A stretch of DNA of 64,000 nucleotides from a virus (taxonomy: Duplodnaviria; Caudoviricetes). Within the stretch, counting starts at the first letter, position 1. Every line of letters starts with the position of its first letter. This document shows positions 34,101 through 44,523 of this stretch, one piece after another. The notes under the pieces are model-generated. The model was given only the letters and a program-made list of their open reading frames with translations. It was not told the origin of the DNA and ran no database searches. A program made the translations under genes and the position numbers. Location: IMG/VR virus record IMGVR_UViG_3300020190_000004; one strand, written 5' to 3'.

Positions 34101-36899
34101 ATTGGGTGAAATAGAAACGAGAGAAGAACTTGATGTACTTGCTGTTAAACCAATAGTAAAGTATTGGTAATCGTATATTCCCACTGGGTATCTGTAAGTA
34201 TCTCCTATGTAATCAATAGCTACTTGGCTGGTTGATGGAGAATTTTGTGCAGTACTTCCATAGAAGGGGTATGTTCCAGAAATACCAGTTGCGCTTCCGC
34301 CAGCTATAGTATAGCCAGGCGTCCATAGTTCTTCACCAAATTCTGCTTCATTATATGCATTTTTACCGTATATGTGTAAACGAGTTCTAGGATATAAGTT
34401 ATGAATACCTACACCACTAATCGAACGGTTAGAATCTTCTAGTTCAGTAGAAGTGCTGTCAGTTGTGAGAGGGTGTATAGTTAATTGGAACTCATTTTTG
34501 TATGATCCCAAACTATTTTTACCGATAGGATTCTTTACTGGATCTGCGCCAGTGTAAATCACACCAGGTTGCGCACCAAATCTCAAAGTATTTACATATG
34601 TATCGCTGCCTCTCCAAGATTCTGTACGAATCGCGTTTCTTAAAAAGTTATACCCTGTCGATCCGGCTTGCTCTTGCATGTGGTTAACTACATCACCTGA
34701 TGCATAAGAAGTAGCAGGGTTGACATATTCTACGCTTTGTGATCTTAGATTACCTATCAGGATGTCTGTGTTATATTGATTATTTGAAGCCCCAAAGTCT
34801 CCACTAAATGCTGCAACTGTAAAAGTTTCGTTAGGCAAGTATGAGCTTAAACCTGTACCTACACCTAAATCATTCCAGGTAAAAGTTGGATCGTTTTCTC
34901 TTAAGTTTTCTTTAGCGTGTACATGTAGTCGCGCAGCAGGTTCAAGCGGGCCTAAGTCATTAACAGCGTCAGCGTCTCCTACGAAAGTACCTATACCGAT
35001 GTTGCGATAAGGTGATACATATAGAGAGGGTAAACTTTTGTGAGCATTTATAGTTGGGTCAACTTGTGAGTTTGTTAAACCTGCTTCATACTCTAAATCG
35101 ATAGTAGGGGTTCTGAATTGAGAAGTGTAGAATATAAGTTCAGATAAGAAATGAGTTTTATCTTCTTCATCTTTAAATCTTCTCCCACGTTCCATCATAC
35201 CAGCGACCCTGATTAAGTTATATTGATCGATAGCAGCTTGTGTGTTTGTCCAATCGCTCGGATCACTATCCAAAACCGAAGATCCGTACCAAGATTTACG
35301 AGTACTCATACCAGCAGTACCTGAAGCTGCATCGTGTATACCTCCTGTGTAACCACCAGCTCCACCGGGCACACCATCACCTAAACCATATTCCCAATAT
35401 GCTGCGTATTGTCCTTCGCCCGTTAACGTCTTTCCGTTAATTGAACTTATGTAGCCTTGGTATGTTCTGTATGCAAAATCTAAGTTATCTACATTATCGC
35501 TATTACTTTCATCATATGTAGAATTACCAGAATAGTCACCAATGTAATCGCTTGATAGACGTAGGTCCGCTGGAACAGAACATACGTATTGGTTTGATGC
35601 AGTTATTCTTCTAAAATCAAGCATAAGCTCTCCCCAGTTTTCAGTATCAACAGAATCCAATGGTGGTGTGAATAGCGGATCGTACATCTGTGTTGGGTCT
35701 GGAGAATAGCGAGTTGAGAACAAGAATATGCTCTTGTTCTGGTTGTCTTCGGCGCCTTCCCCCACTGCGGTAAACATATAGATCCCCAGCGAACTGAATT
35801 TTATATCTGGGTCTGCATCCTCAAGCCTTCTTTCTGATAAAAAGAGCAAGGGTGTGTATTTTTCAAAAGATACGTCATATGCAGGATTTGCCCAGTAAGA
35901 TGCACCCAGCATCTGAGTACCACTATCGTCCGGGTAAATACTGTTTGGCTGCATTGGGAACGGGTTGCCTGCATCAGGACCAATAACTCCAGTATATCCT
36001 CTTGCGGTTATATTTGACAGGTAAGGAAGGCCGTCCAACGACATCTTGAAAAGCAAGCGATCAATACCGCTATTTACTCTTCCTGGGTTAGGATAAAGTA
36101 AACCAGCGGGATCATGCCCCCACTCTCCAATAGTTGGTGTATTTAAGTCGCTATCTTCATAAGAAGCGGGGTTGTTTTCATCACTACCGCTACTTACCCA
36201 AATAGTTCCGTATTTTGACAGGAGCCTTGCATTTTTAACAGTTAGCGGTGAAGTATTTGTATCTTCATAAGGCCCTTGTGCATAAGGCCCCGTTGGAGAT
36301 GTTGCTAAATAGGTTGTGTTATCGCTGATCCAAACCGTAGAGGAATCCACGCTTTCTGGGACTGGGTAAAAATACCAACCAGCACCTGCCCATCCTCCTG
36401 TAGAACCCAAGTAAGGGTATGCTGCGCCAGTTCCTTGATAAGAATAGTAACCGCCTGATGTATAACCACCGGCTCCGTCACACGCACCTTGCACATCTGG
36501 TGCATTTAAGTACTGCCAGTAACCGTCGTTGGCGTGATCTATAAAAATATCTCCTTGAGCTCCTGTAACATGATAGTATTGTAACCACTGCCATGAAGAT
36601 TGAGGCCAAGGACCAACGGTTCCGTATGGAGTAACGATTGTACCGGAAGGCCCAATAGCAGTAGGTCCTGTACCAGGTATACAAGCAAAAGGAATGATCC
36701 CCAAGATAGTTCCTGTTGGGCCGGTAGCACCAGTCGGTCCTGTTGGTCCAAGTTTTCCAGGCAATCCTGGGATTCCTTGCGCGCCGCGAATACCTTGCGG
36801 TCCGCCATTTGATGCGGCTATCGTTTGGAAATTTGCGTTTAGTTTTGCTACAAGTGACGAAATACTATCGCTTTCTAATATCTGTTGGATTGTTAACAT
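31122..36899 (-). CDS. Tail fibre-like protein (1925 aa) with a collagen-like segment
   Basis: N-terminal LVAKLNANF anchor motif, then about ten G-X-Y repeats (GPQGIRGAQGIPGLPGKLGPTGPTGATGPTG); G/T/S-rich body. Confidence 0.6.
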   Translation of the reverse strand: MLTIQQILESDSISSLVAKLNANFQTIAASNGGPQGIRGAQGIPGLPGKLGPTGPTGATGPTGTILGIIPFACIPGTGPTAIGPSGTIVTPYGTVGPWPQSSWQWLQYYHVTGAQGDIFIDHANDGYWQYLNAPDVQGACDGAGGYTSGGYYSYQGTGAAYPYLGSTGGWAGAGWYFYPVPESVDSSTVWISDNTTYLATSPTGPYAQGPYEDTNTSPLTVKNARLLSKYGTIWVSSGSDENNPASYEDSDLNTPTIGEWGHDPAGLLYPNPGRVNSGIDRLLFKMSLDGLPYLSNITARGYTGVIGPDAGNPFPMQPNSIYPDDSGTQMLGASYWANPAYDVSFEKYTPLLFLSERRLEDADPDIKFSSLGIYMFTAVGEGAEDNQNKSIFLFSTRYSPDPTQMYDPLFTPPLDSVDTENWGELMLDFRRITASNQYVCSVPADLRLSSDYIGDYSGNSTYDESNSDNVDNLDFAYRTYQGYISSINGKTLTGEGQYAAYWEYGLGDGVPGGAGGYTGGIHDAASGTAGMSTRKSWYGSSVLDSDPSDWTNTQAAIDQYNLIRVAGMMERGRRFKDEEDKTHFLSELIFYTSQFRTPTIDLEYEAGLTNSQVDPTINAHKSLPSLYVSPYRNIGIGTFVGDADAVNDLGPLEPAARLHVHAKENLRENDPTFTWNDLGVGTGLSSYLPNETFTVAAFSGDFGASNNQYNTDILIGNLRSQSVEYVNPATSYASGDVVNHMQEQAGSTGYNFLRNAIRTESWRGSDTYVNTLRFGAQPGVIYTGADPVKNPIGKNSLGSYKNEFQLTIHPLTTDSTSTELEDSNRSISGVGIHNLYPRTRLHIYGKNAYNEAEFGEELWTPGYTIAGGSATGISGTYPFYGSTAQNSPSTSQVAIDYIGDTYRYPVGIYDYQYFTIGLTASTSSSSLVSISPNAAVYPTRESLSPTRTFAPWPAGAASNEAWPSTNPAVTVNGAYRHGGTANAWWEAASYIGFNIFRDVSAADGNNNGDNRDTTRWVLGTDGDNDYERGNNGAAAIISSPYGEIGLVTIPRGRDGGYAYEQWEQRGLGTRDVLNQMKIVFDRNGNIAVGNAAGWDLDAYPSLDRFTDTGYLRYTPATSKETNPGTTAGAGTSYAYAYYSGTGAYGLIDYGVSYPETPADSPAAKINANATEKEYIRLEVAAEKAWSRNGRSIAQNGYGYPPNATLLVATPINYIKFTAPITGITSWQLTTDDEGRIVDSRITFTKSGTVTSTNFAVIVYPHPTEFNNGGPQTYPGYTAPAGALAAEWSGMNRDSGSVKGITMVLGATIAILINTADERGDANLRLNNFVYGEGFGISGQGATGGALPGGLGNYSYEKVKEHRQKSPKLIFTFLEKNPDSSRPGSLTEPYKKVNTVVQSAQNESPLREYFIPKSDNTGGTFMVFTDHMGSKEHEDGIDRQLTSGTGYTGGNGGGGTTGGNTATGNIEKLILTQVVTAEMVYGRTGASSPYITSLAGVTAGLSGGEVSEDNPKALNYVLYYNKYQKNRGAIGNPASGLTAAFTSAQYAQVLPISNYESDFAALGATGSFTSFEGTGTNVNTTYRRAAARRNIDHFYRIFQGTKADYADETSAIGWQSKATEIRFKRINSEFAFVDFNITVEVDNPQFDSPSGAYIRFSDLDAYLDFGVPRMTQSLSFIYNPDFDESRNDFTQDEYGNGPWFHMWSGYRNWLPGSAVVGGDINEDTLNTSTSVPGLPGDSAIDAPSFRANPFSWSGNILGAATFDWSPNGTSSEFYSSSNYAFTNIDEFGVTPAPAQSFIHHGSNRNVINAKISKDLFGLISTGATGAAALGFMYHLPAYVGAWGVQTMSRTKNFSWRMRPTRWQETTASAGNLTNNAFELEIMFNEPIMHVSHKFDSKNFGVTNPYKYLTLSGQGIIQYGETDYTKK

Positions 36900-36924
36900 T
36901 CCTGCTTAGTTTTTATTCTTTATG

Positions 36925-36932
36925 TATATATC
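36925..36932 (-). promoter_or_regulatory. Putative late promoter GATATATA
   Basis: Exact motif 25 nt upstream of the ATG at 36899. Confidence 0.6.
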
Positions 36933-36933
36933 A

Positions 36934-39900
36934 TCATATTCTTTTAACAGTTGCCGAGAAGGTGAATCCTACTGGCACCGCAGGATTCAATGTCTTGGTT
37001 AACTGGAATTTAAAGTCGGATAACTTAGTCACAACACAATCTTTGTCTACTCTATAGCCGTTTCTAAATTTTTCTACTTCTGTAAGATCGCCATTCACAA
37101 GTTCTACTCCTTGCTGTTGCAAAGAATACAAAGTTACGTCGGTAACTTGGTAGATGTTGATTATATTCTTATTGATGTACTGAGTTTTAAGATTAAGTAA
37201 TTCCTCGGTTGATAATGATGTTAATTCACTGATTCCTAAAGTGGTCAATCTTGTGAATTCATCTACATTGTTAGGGTTGTCGATACCTGCAAGTAATTCT
37301 CTTCTTAACTTTTCTTCTATGTTAACTGTTATTATTACCTTAGGCCTGTTTGAATACGGCATTCCTTGCTGAACTGCAGAGTTATTAGAAGAAAGAGCGT
37401 CTACTCCAATAGCAGCTGCTGGTTGAACAAGTTCGAAGGTATACTCTACACCATCTATGTACTCGTGCAAGTCGAATTTTTTTGGCACGTTCATGGCTTT
37501 AGATGCTAAGAATGCTTTTGTCTCTTGCATTTCAGCAATCCCATAAACTTCCGTAAAGTCATTGGTAGTTTGATAGTTTCTGTAAAAATCTTTGTCCCAA
37601 GAACTTGTAAAAGCATTAAAATCCTTGTTAGTAACAGAGACTTCTCCCACCAGTGGATATAAGCTCTTGTAAGAAGAACCTGTACTTATTACCATTACCT
37701 CTCCACCGGTAGAAACTTTGTTGATGCCGTAGTTTCTCACAAGACCTGACAAAGATGACTTTGCATTTATGTGAGTATTCGATAATAAAAAGTCAAGCTC
37801 AAAGTGACTGGAGAAACTATCATCTTCTCTAACCCAGAATGACAGTATGTCTCGTGTCTTTGGTTCATAATACCCGCGGTGACGTGTGATAAATTCTTGT
37901 CCGTTAGTATCTACGATGTTATAGCCTATTATGCTGGTTGATTGATATTCTATCGGCTTGTCTTCATCTGTTGCAGTGTTTAGAACATTTGTTTTAACCA
38001 GCGTGTCCGGGTTAATTATGTTTAATCGATAGTCATAGGCAAGTACCTTGCCGCTGTCTGTAACGTTATAGTATTCGATAAGAGTGCTATCGGTGTTTAT
38101 TAATGACTGTATGTTTCCAAAGGTTATGTAGTTTTTAATAGACTGAAAACCGTCAGTTCCACCGTTCACAAAGTATGTTTCGTTTACTTCTGAATTAGAC
38201 GGAACACTACCAGGTATGGTTGTAGGAGCAGGGCTCGCAAGCGCTGATTGAAGCAGAACACCTGTGGAAGTAATGTTTGTTCTAAATCTGCTATACTTTT
38301 TAGCACTTCCGATAGAGATACTGCTAAGTGTAAGAATGTCTACCCTGTCTTGGCTATCTAAGAAATTCCAAAATGTATAGATTTCACTGCTAGAATTCTG
38401 TTTATACAAAACTGAGTGTATGTTAAATTCATACCCATCATACCCAAATTCTTTTGCCCAGATGGAACCGGTAAGAGATGTGTCCTGTATAAAAGGGTAA
38501 GGAGAATCAGGTACTCGGTAATCATTATTTATAGTGGTAATTTCATTTAATAGACTAAATTGGTATGTCACAGGATCAACACTATTAAAGTTCATAAACA
38601 ACTGAGCCTTTGTGTTTTGCCCTGGAGGGATAGGTGCATTCCACTCAGGTGAAACGGTGGGAGTGTAATCAACTAAACCGCCAATTTTTTTGTCACCCAG
38701 TTGAATATAGCCTCCGCCTAAAAACCCTTGTCTTGGCCTCATTACCGCATTAGGGGTGTAAGGATTTAGGTAAGTGGTATACGTACCATCATAAGGCAAA
38801 AAGTTTCTTAACATAGAGCTAGATAGCGTCCCAACCGCTAAATCATACTTTAATTGATTTTGATTTGAATTTTTAAGAACATCGTTCGCAAAATACTGTA
38901 GCGCATAATCTATGTGCCCACTTTGTGTTCTATAATCTTTTACTTTAATTGAAAAGATCATTGTGATAGTCTTAAACTTATCATTTTTTAGAACTTCAAT
39001 ATCAACCGGCTTCTCAATCGTAAAAGGTTCATACGGTAAGAATCTAGCAATAGCTGAAAACTTATATCCTTCAAAATCTGTGCTATTCGGTATAGGTGTA
39101 GAAAGTGAGGTAGTTATGTTAGGTCCAGCTTCATACTGAGTTATTTCAATCTTTGCACCTCTAAACAAAGTTTGCGACTTTCCTGTTCCGGTGTTGTAAA
39201 TAAAGAAAGTATATCTTTCATCGCGTGATTTTGGTATCTTATTTCCACCAAAAAATGCTTCAGATGGGTATCCCAAGGAAAAGTATTTGGAGAACCAATC
39301 ATTTTCAACGTTACTTGTAATTAAGTCATACCAGGTTCTACCTCTCCAGACAGTAGTGTCTAGTTTTTCAAAGAAGTAAGATCTAGAAGATTCGAGACTT
39401 TCTTTTGGGTAATCTTGTGGTATTGCATCAAGATATGGAAATTCATGCGTTAGTACAGAAGGTTCAGCAAAATCTACAACAGAACTTGGTGAAAGATTGC
39501 TTAAACCAAAGCCTAAAGATGTATCTAGTCTATAGTAATTATCTCGTGCATCAGTCCCTTCTTGCACCCACTTGTTAATGTATGGCACAGTTTTTGACCT
39601 AACAGCCCAATCTTTGGTAAAGTTCTCTCTTAATCGATCATATTCTGATAGCAATAGCTGATAAGTAAGCGCTTCTATAAACTGCCCGTTTTGCTTTAAG
39701 TTTTCAATAGTCTGCGCGTCATTTAGACTTGTTATGTCTTGTATACCCGCAAAGCCATTGAACAGCTTAACGTCTTTATCGTTTTCATAGTTATAGTTGG
39801 TGATAACTATTTTTTCTGCTGTTGATACACCTGTTTGTCTATATTTAACACGAAACTTTTCGGGATAAAACACAACTGACTCATTAGTGTCTGGGTCAAG

Positions 39901-42900
39901 TTTTACCAGGTATCTTCTATCAAAATTTCTAAAACCAGCTGCTCTAGATTGGACTTCCAGTGAAGTGTTGGCGTTAGTCGGATCCGGAGCCAAGTAAGGA
40001 TAGCCATCGGGTTGGCCTGACACCATGTCATAGTCATATAAAGGATAAAATGTGTTAAACAAAAATTCCGAACTACCGGATACGTTTTGTAAAGACTCCA
40101 CCATTGTCCATATATCAGTTTCTACATCGTATGCCTCAACATCTAAATCAAAAGAAGAAGTATCCGCAGATCCGGCGCCGTTAAACTGTTCTACTTTGTA
40201 GTTATTAAAGAGGTCAAGTTCTATGTATTCGTTATCAAGAGCTTCTTCACTAAAGAAGTATTTCAGTATCTCCAAAGTTGGTGTATAAGAATACTCAGAA
40301 AATAAAAAGTCAAAGTCAAATTCTTTGATTGGAAAGATTGAGAAGATTCCAAAAGTTGGTCTATAAACTTTGTAAGCAACTATTCTATTATCATTTGAAT
40401 AATAAAACTCTTGGTCATACTTGTCTAGCTGAATAATTGAATAGTCCTTATAGTTCTTAAAACCTGACAAATAATTTTCTGCATCATATGTAGGTTGGTC
40501 AAGATATGGTAAAGAATAAACATACTTGCCCTGAACCTCCCACCCTTTCATTCTGCTGAAAACGCTTTTTAGCGATTGGTACCACTGTTGGTTAATTTTG
40601 TTATCATTTAGAATACTTAGTTCCCCGGCTGTAATTTTTACGCCTGACGCTGTTTCGGTCGAGTTCACGTTCATCACGACACTTCCAACGTTAACATCAA
40701 TAATTTTTGCGCCGTTAGGTATACCACTACCAATGATTGGATTCCCTACATATAAACCAGTCGAGTCTATAGTAACTATTGGCGAACCACTGGTTGTGTT
40801 TCCTTTTCTGATTACTTTTTTGTTTTGGTAGTAATTTTGTCCGTTTAGAAATTCAATTCTGGCGCGGTTTCTTAAACGTTTTTGCCCTCCTACAAAGTAT
40901 TGCTGAACCTCTGATGAAGAAGTTTGTGTATAAATAAACTGACCTGTTGTTCCTATAGGTATTTTCTTAAGATTAAATGTAATTGGTATAGAATTGTCAA
41001 CAAAGAACTCGTCTTTAGTAGGAATGTTAAAAATGAATGGCGTACCGGTTGATGTTGCAAGAGCCCACGTACTAGCATTTATGCCTAAGCGAATAAGAAT
41101 GTTAGTAGAGAAGTTATCGCGCGTTACTTGCACAAAATATGACGTGTTGGTTATTTGGTCAGGTTCTTGCAGTACTTTTGCTTCAATATCATAGGTATCC
41201 GAAGTTGTTGTAGGAGTAATTTGTAAGGTTTGTACTTTTAATTCATTCCCTCTATCAACGTTTCCTACTTCATAAAAACCAACATTTGCATAGTAGCTAT
41301 TACCTTGCAATACTCGCTTAAACTGAATAGAGTTGCCTTCTTCGTGCAAAAGATTGGATCTCATGTATACTTCAGTTCCGTCTGACCATGCTTGTACTGG
41401 TAAATTCCCGAATGAATTTACACACTTTACTATTGCTTTTGCTACCTGGTCAAGTCTTCCTTCGTTACTAAAATTGGAAACATAATCAACTCCATTTGGG
41501 TCAAGTAAAGGATAGTCCCAAGCATCACCCGGCTGAAGTCCTAAACCGTTTGCTTGCAGCCTCCAACGAAACTGCTGATACTGGGGTGTGTATTCTGCGT
41601 CCACTTCGTTAGTGCCGTTTAAGATAAATTTTTGAATACTCGGGGCATCTAATTCAATGCGCCAAGCATCGTAAAGTGAGTATCCTGTGGAAAAATCTAC
41701 AAGATTAAGTTTCACATAGTTGTCGATTGATAGGTATGTATCAAGAGGGTTTAAGTTGTATGTTGCGATACCACCCAGCGCGCTTCCGGTCAATTTACCA
41801 GCTACTATAACTGTAGCTGGTGCGGCATTTCCAGGATTCCCTAAATTCTTAATTGTGACGGTGGAAGCAGTCGGAATTGCCGTTACTGAATAATAACCGC
41901 CTTGTACTATGTAAAGACTTTGACCTACAACCAGATTAGCCGTAGTAGTTACTGATATCGTTACGTCCAAACCTGGTGCCAATTGGGTAAAAGGCGCAGT
42001 TGTCTGAATCACGTTCTGATCTATGAAATACGCTAAAGTTAAAGAAGTCCCTGCTACAAAGTTTGTGACTTGTGTATAATAAGTATATGAGCTGTCCGGG
42101 TTGTTGTAATTCTTAACTTCAAAGATTAGTTCTTCGTCGTTAGCTATACATCCTGTACCAAATTGATCTAGTAAATGCAATCTTAGTTGCGCATGCCCGC
42201 TATCAAGAAGGGTTGCGGGAAATTGTGAAACAATGTCTGCAACTCCACCATAAGAGCTTATATTTTCTTGTGTGTCAAACAATTCAAGCTGAGTTGCTCT
42301 AACATAATCTGGAGACAGCGGACTACCGTAATCGACCTCTGTGAGTTTTCTTACTTTCTTAAATATGTTATCTCGGTCTCTTACATAAAATAGTCTAAGA
42401 GGATCATCCACCATTGCAGGAAGAGGAAACTTGCCAAGCACCTCCCCTTGATAAGAAGGGACTATCGAGGTGTTATTCACAAATGCTGTATTGTGATAGT
42501 AATGAACAGGTATTTGAATACCGTTTGCGTTTGTTTGTACAAAAGGTTTAATGCTATAAGGCTGCCCGTCTACCTCAGGTTTTGGAAGTGGCGTCTGACC
42601 GCTAATCTTTCCAAGAACTGTGGGTTCAATTTCGAATTCCGCCAATTGATTTTCTGTTACATAAAAACCAATGTAACGATTAATGCTGTATAGCGGTGCT
42701 TCTTCATCATCAAACAAAAACTCCAAGTTGAGCAAGTTTGTACTAATGATATTATTTCTTTGAAAACCTCCTGTTACGAAGTCTTCAAATTCTTTAATTA
42801 ACCTGTCTTGTTCTATGTAGTCATGTATAAGTTCTCCTTTTGCTGAAAGTGTACCCTCTGTGTAAACCGCACCAGACCAATATGTGGGAGTACTAGAGTC

Positions 42901-44523
42901 CCAGCTAAATTCGAGCGGTCTTTCTTTCCAACGAGGATCGTTTACCAAGTTACGAATGTAAGTACCTATTTTAGAAGAAGAGCGCAAATCAAAAGTTTTT
43001 ACGATTCTTGCTCCACTCATATAATCTTTTATAGTAGTCTCTAAATTAACCCACGGGATATAAGTATCAGGGTTAATTGGGTGATCAACTCTTAAAATTA
43101 CAAAATAGTCTGGTAGATTCTTTCTTAACCAGATAGGTGCTAAGAAGGTAAAGTTTTCATCGTAAAACTTGCTCTTAAGTTGCTCTACACCGTAATTGTA
43201 AAAGTTATCAAACTGCTGTGAATATGATTGTTTTGTGTTTAAGTACTGGTCATCGTATTCATGTAGGTCAAAAACAATGTCTGCGGGAGTTTGTCCTTTC
43301 TTAAAGAAATCGTACAAACTCTTTTGGTATGTGGAGTTAGGGTTAACCGCAAACTTTTTATAAGAAGCTTCTGATAGCTCTTGGTTTGCATCAAAAGAGT
43401 TTAACCAAATATCACCTTTTGAGTCAACTGTAAGTTTTACGTTTCCCGAAAGCTTAGGATTGGTCTTAAGTAAACCATAAGAAGATCTATCATCGTATAA
43501 CGGGTCAAGTATAGGGTAATCTATCGCAGCGTTATCTCTGCTAGGTCTAGCATAATCGTCCGGATAACCAAAGATATGAATCTCCTGGTAATCAGCATCA
43601 GTACTGTACGGAACAGAGGCGCTGACGTCGCCTGACTTAAAACCAAACGGCGGGGTTGATAAAAATGCATTTTGAGGATAGTTAACCGGATCATACGGAG
43701 CGGATTCGGGAGGTGGAGTAGCGTCAGACTTAAATATCAAAAAATTAATCTTTAAGTGAGCGTCATTTGCACCGTCATAGTCTATTCGAAAAGTAGCACC
43801 GTTAGTTTCTTCGTTTCCGTTTGTGGGTGTAATGCCTTGATGTTCTACTTTAGTCCAAAATGCTTTCTTTCTTGTTATGAATCCCGTTTCATCTCCATAG
43901 TTACCAGACCAGGTAGTTCCATCGAATGGGTTTGGATAAGTTATCTGGTATGTGTAAAGAACGTTGGCGTCAGTAGCTGAGTAGTCAGCTCTTGCTAAGT
44001 CGTCAGCCGGTGCTGCATTTATCTTAAAGTTTTGTCCGTCTTGCTCTACAAACACACCTAACTTTAAAACAGTGGAAACTGGGACAGGCGCCGAAAAAAG
44101 CGTTCCTGATGACGTCTCAACTACTATTACACCGGGTGCATATGAAATTACTTTAACAGGAGCGTCTGCGACGGTTAAGGACGGATCTAGGTCCCACCAG
44201 TTTCTAACAACAAGTTCTTCCGATACGCGATTAAATGAAGGCGTTTGATTATTTAGTGGAGATACATCAGAAAATGAAATGGTTTGCGTCAAAGCTGGAA
44301 AAACCAAAGGCGCAGTGCTGTCTACAACGATCTCAGCTCTTTGCTCAAATGTATACGCCTGGGGAAAACCTATTATGTATAAGTCTTCATTTGGTAATAT
44401 AGGACCAAACAGGGTAGCATCATTCCTAATTATTGATATGAATGTAGTAGTCTTACCTTGTAAAACTACCTCCCTCTCTACATCTATCTTATAGAAAGAT
44501 GGTATATTTGGTGTTATTGGCAT
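36934..44523 (-). CDS. Very large virion structural protein (2529 aa)
   Basis: Uninterrupted ORF, beta-rich; contains the GSGIPNGAKII module also seen in the baseplate protein. Confidence 0.6.
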   Translation of the reverse strand: MPITPNIPSFYKIDVEREVVLQGKTTTFISIIRNDATLFGPILPNEDLYIIGFPQAYTFEQRAEIVVDSTAPLVFPALTQTISFSDVSPLNNQTPSFNRVSEELVVRNWWDLDPSLTVADAPVKVISYAPGVIVVETSSGTLFSAPVPVSTVLKLGVFVEQDGQNFKINAAPADDLARADYSATDANVLYTYQITYPNPFDGTTWSGNYGDETGFITRKKAFWTKVEHQGITPTNGNEETNGATFRIDYDGANDAHLKINFLIFKSDATPPPESAPYDPVNYPQNAFLSTPPFGFKSGDVSASVPYSTDADYQEIHIFGYPDDYARPSRDNAAIDYPILDPLYDDRSSYGLLKTNPKLSGNVKLTVDSKGDIWLNSFDANQELSEASYKKFAVNPNSTYQKSLYDFFKKGQTPADIVFDLHEYDDQYLNTKQSYSQQFDNFYNYGVEQLKSKFYDENFTFLAPIWLRKNLPDYFVILRVDHPINPDTYIPWVNLETTIKDYMSGARIVKTFDLRSSSKIGTYIRNLVNDPRWKERPLEFSWDSSTPTYWSGAVYTEGTLSAKGELIHDYIEQDRLIKEFEDFVTGGFQRNNIISTNLLNLEFLFDDEEAPLYSINRYIGFYVTENQLAEFEIEPTVLGKISGQTPLPKPEVDGQPYSIKPFVQTNANGIQIPVHYYHNTAFVNNTSIVPSYQGEVLGKFPLPAMVDDPLRLFYVRDRDNIFKKVRKLTEVDYGSPLSPDYVRATQLELFDTQENISSYGGVADIVSQFPATLLDSGHAQLRLHLLDQFGTGCIANDEELIFEVKNYNNPDSSYTYYTQVTNFVAGTSLTLAYFIDQNVIQTTAPFTQLAPGLDVTISVTTTANLVVGQSLYIVQGGYYSVTAIPTASTVTIKNLGNPGNAAPATVIVAGKLTGSALGGIATYNLNPLDTYLSIDNYVKLNLVDFSTGYSLYDAWRIELDAPSIQKFILNGTNEVDAEYTPQYQQFRWRLQANGLGLQPGDAWDYPLLDPNGVDYVSNFSNEGRLDQVAKAIVKCVNSFGNLPVQAWSDGTEVYMRSNLLHEEGNSIQFKRVLQGNSYYANVGFYEVGNVDRGNELKVQTLQITPTTTSDTYDIEAKVLQEPDQITNTSYFVQVTRDNFSTNILIRLGINASTWALATSTGTPFIFNIPTKDEFFVDNSIPITFNLKKIPIGTTGQFIYTQTSSSEVQQYFVGGQKRLRNRARIEFLNGQNYYQNKKVIRKGNTTSGSPIVTIDSTGLYVGNPIIGSGIPNGAKIIDVNVGSVVMNVNSTETASGVKITAGELSILNDNKINQQWYQSLKSVFSRMKGWEVQGKYVYSLPYLDQPTYDAENYLSGFKNYKDYSIIQLDKYDQEFYYSNDNRIVAYKVYRPTFGIFSIFPIKEFDFDFLFSEYSYTPTLEILKYFFSEEALDNEYIELDLFNNYKVEQFNGAGSADTSSFDLDVEAYDVETDIWTMVESLQNVSGSSEFLFNTFYPLYDYDMVSGQPDGYPYLAPDPTNANTSLEVQSRAAGFRNFDRRYLVKLDPDTNESVVFYPEKFRVKYRQTGVSTAEKIVITNYNYENDKDVKLFNGFAGIQDITSLNDAQTIENLKQNGQFIEALTYQLLLSEYDRLRENFTKDWAVRSKTVPYINKWVQEGTDARDNYYRLDTSLGFGLSNLSPSSVVDFAEPSVLTHEFPYLDAIPQDYPKESLESSRSYFFEKLDTTVWRGRTWYDLITSNVENDWFSKYFSLGYPSEAFFGGNKIPKSRDERYTFFIYNTGTGKSQTLFRGAKIEITQYEAGPNITTSLSTPIPNSTDFEGYKFSAIARFLPYEPFTIEKPVDIEVLKNDKFKTITMIFSIKVKDYRTQSGHIDYALQYFANDVLKNSNQNQLKYDLAVGTLSSSMLRNFLPYDGTYTTYLNPYTPNAVMRPRQGFLGGGYIQLGDKKIGGLVDYTPTVSPEWNAPIPPGQNTKAQLFMNFNSVDPVTYQFSLLNEITTINNDYRVPDSPYPFIQDTSLTGSIWAKEFGYDGYEFNIHSVLYKQNSSSEIYTFWNFLDSQDRVDILTLSSISIGSAKKYSRFRTNITSTGVLLQSALASPAPTTIPGSVPSNSEVNETYFVNGGTDGFQSIKNYITFGNIQSLINTDSTLIEYYNVTDSGKVLAYDYRLNIINPDTLVKTNVLNTATDEDKPIEYQSTSIIGYNIVDTNGQEFITRHRGYYEPKTRDILSFWVREDDSFSSHFELDFLLSNTHINAKSSLSGLVRNYGINKVSTGGEVMVISTGSSYKSLYPLVGEVSVTNKDFNAFTSSWDKDFYRNYQTTNDFTEVYGIAEMQETKAFLASKAMNVPKKFDLHEYIDGVEYTFELVQPAAAIGVDALSSNNSAVQQGMPYSNRPKVIITVNIEEKLRRELLAGIDNPNNVDEFTRLTTLGISELTSLSTEELLNLKTQYINKNIINIYQVTDVTLYSLQQQGVELVNGDLTEVEKFRNGYRVDKDCVVTKLSDFKFQLTKTLNPAVPVGFTFSATVKRI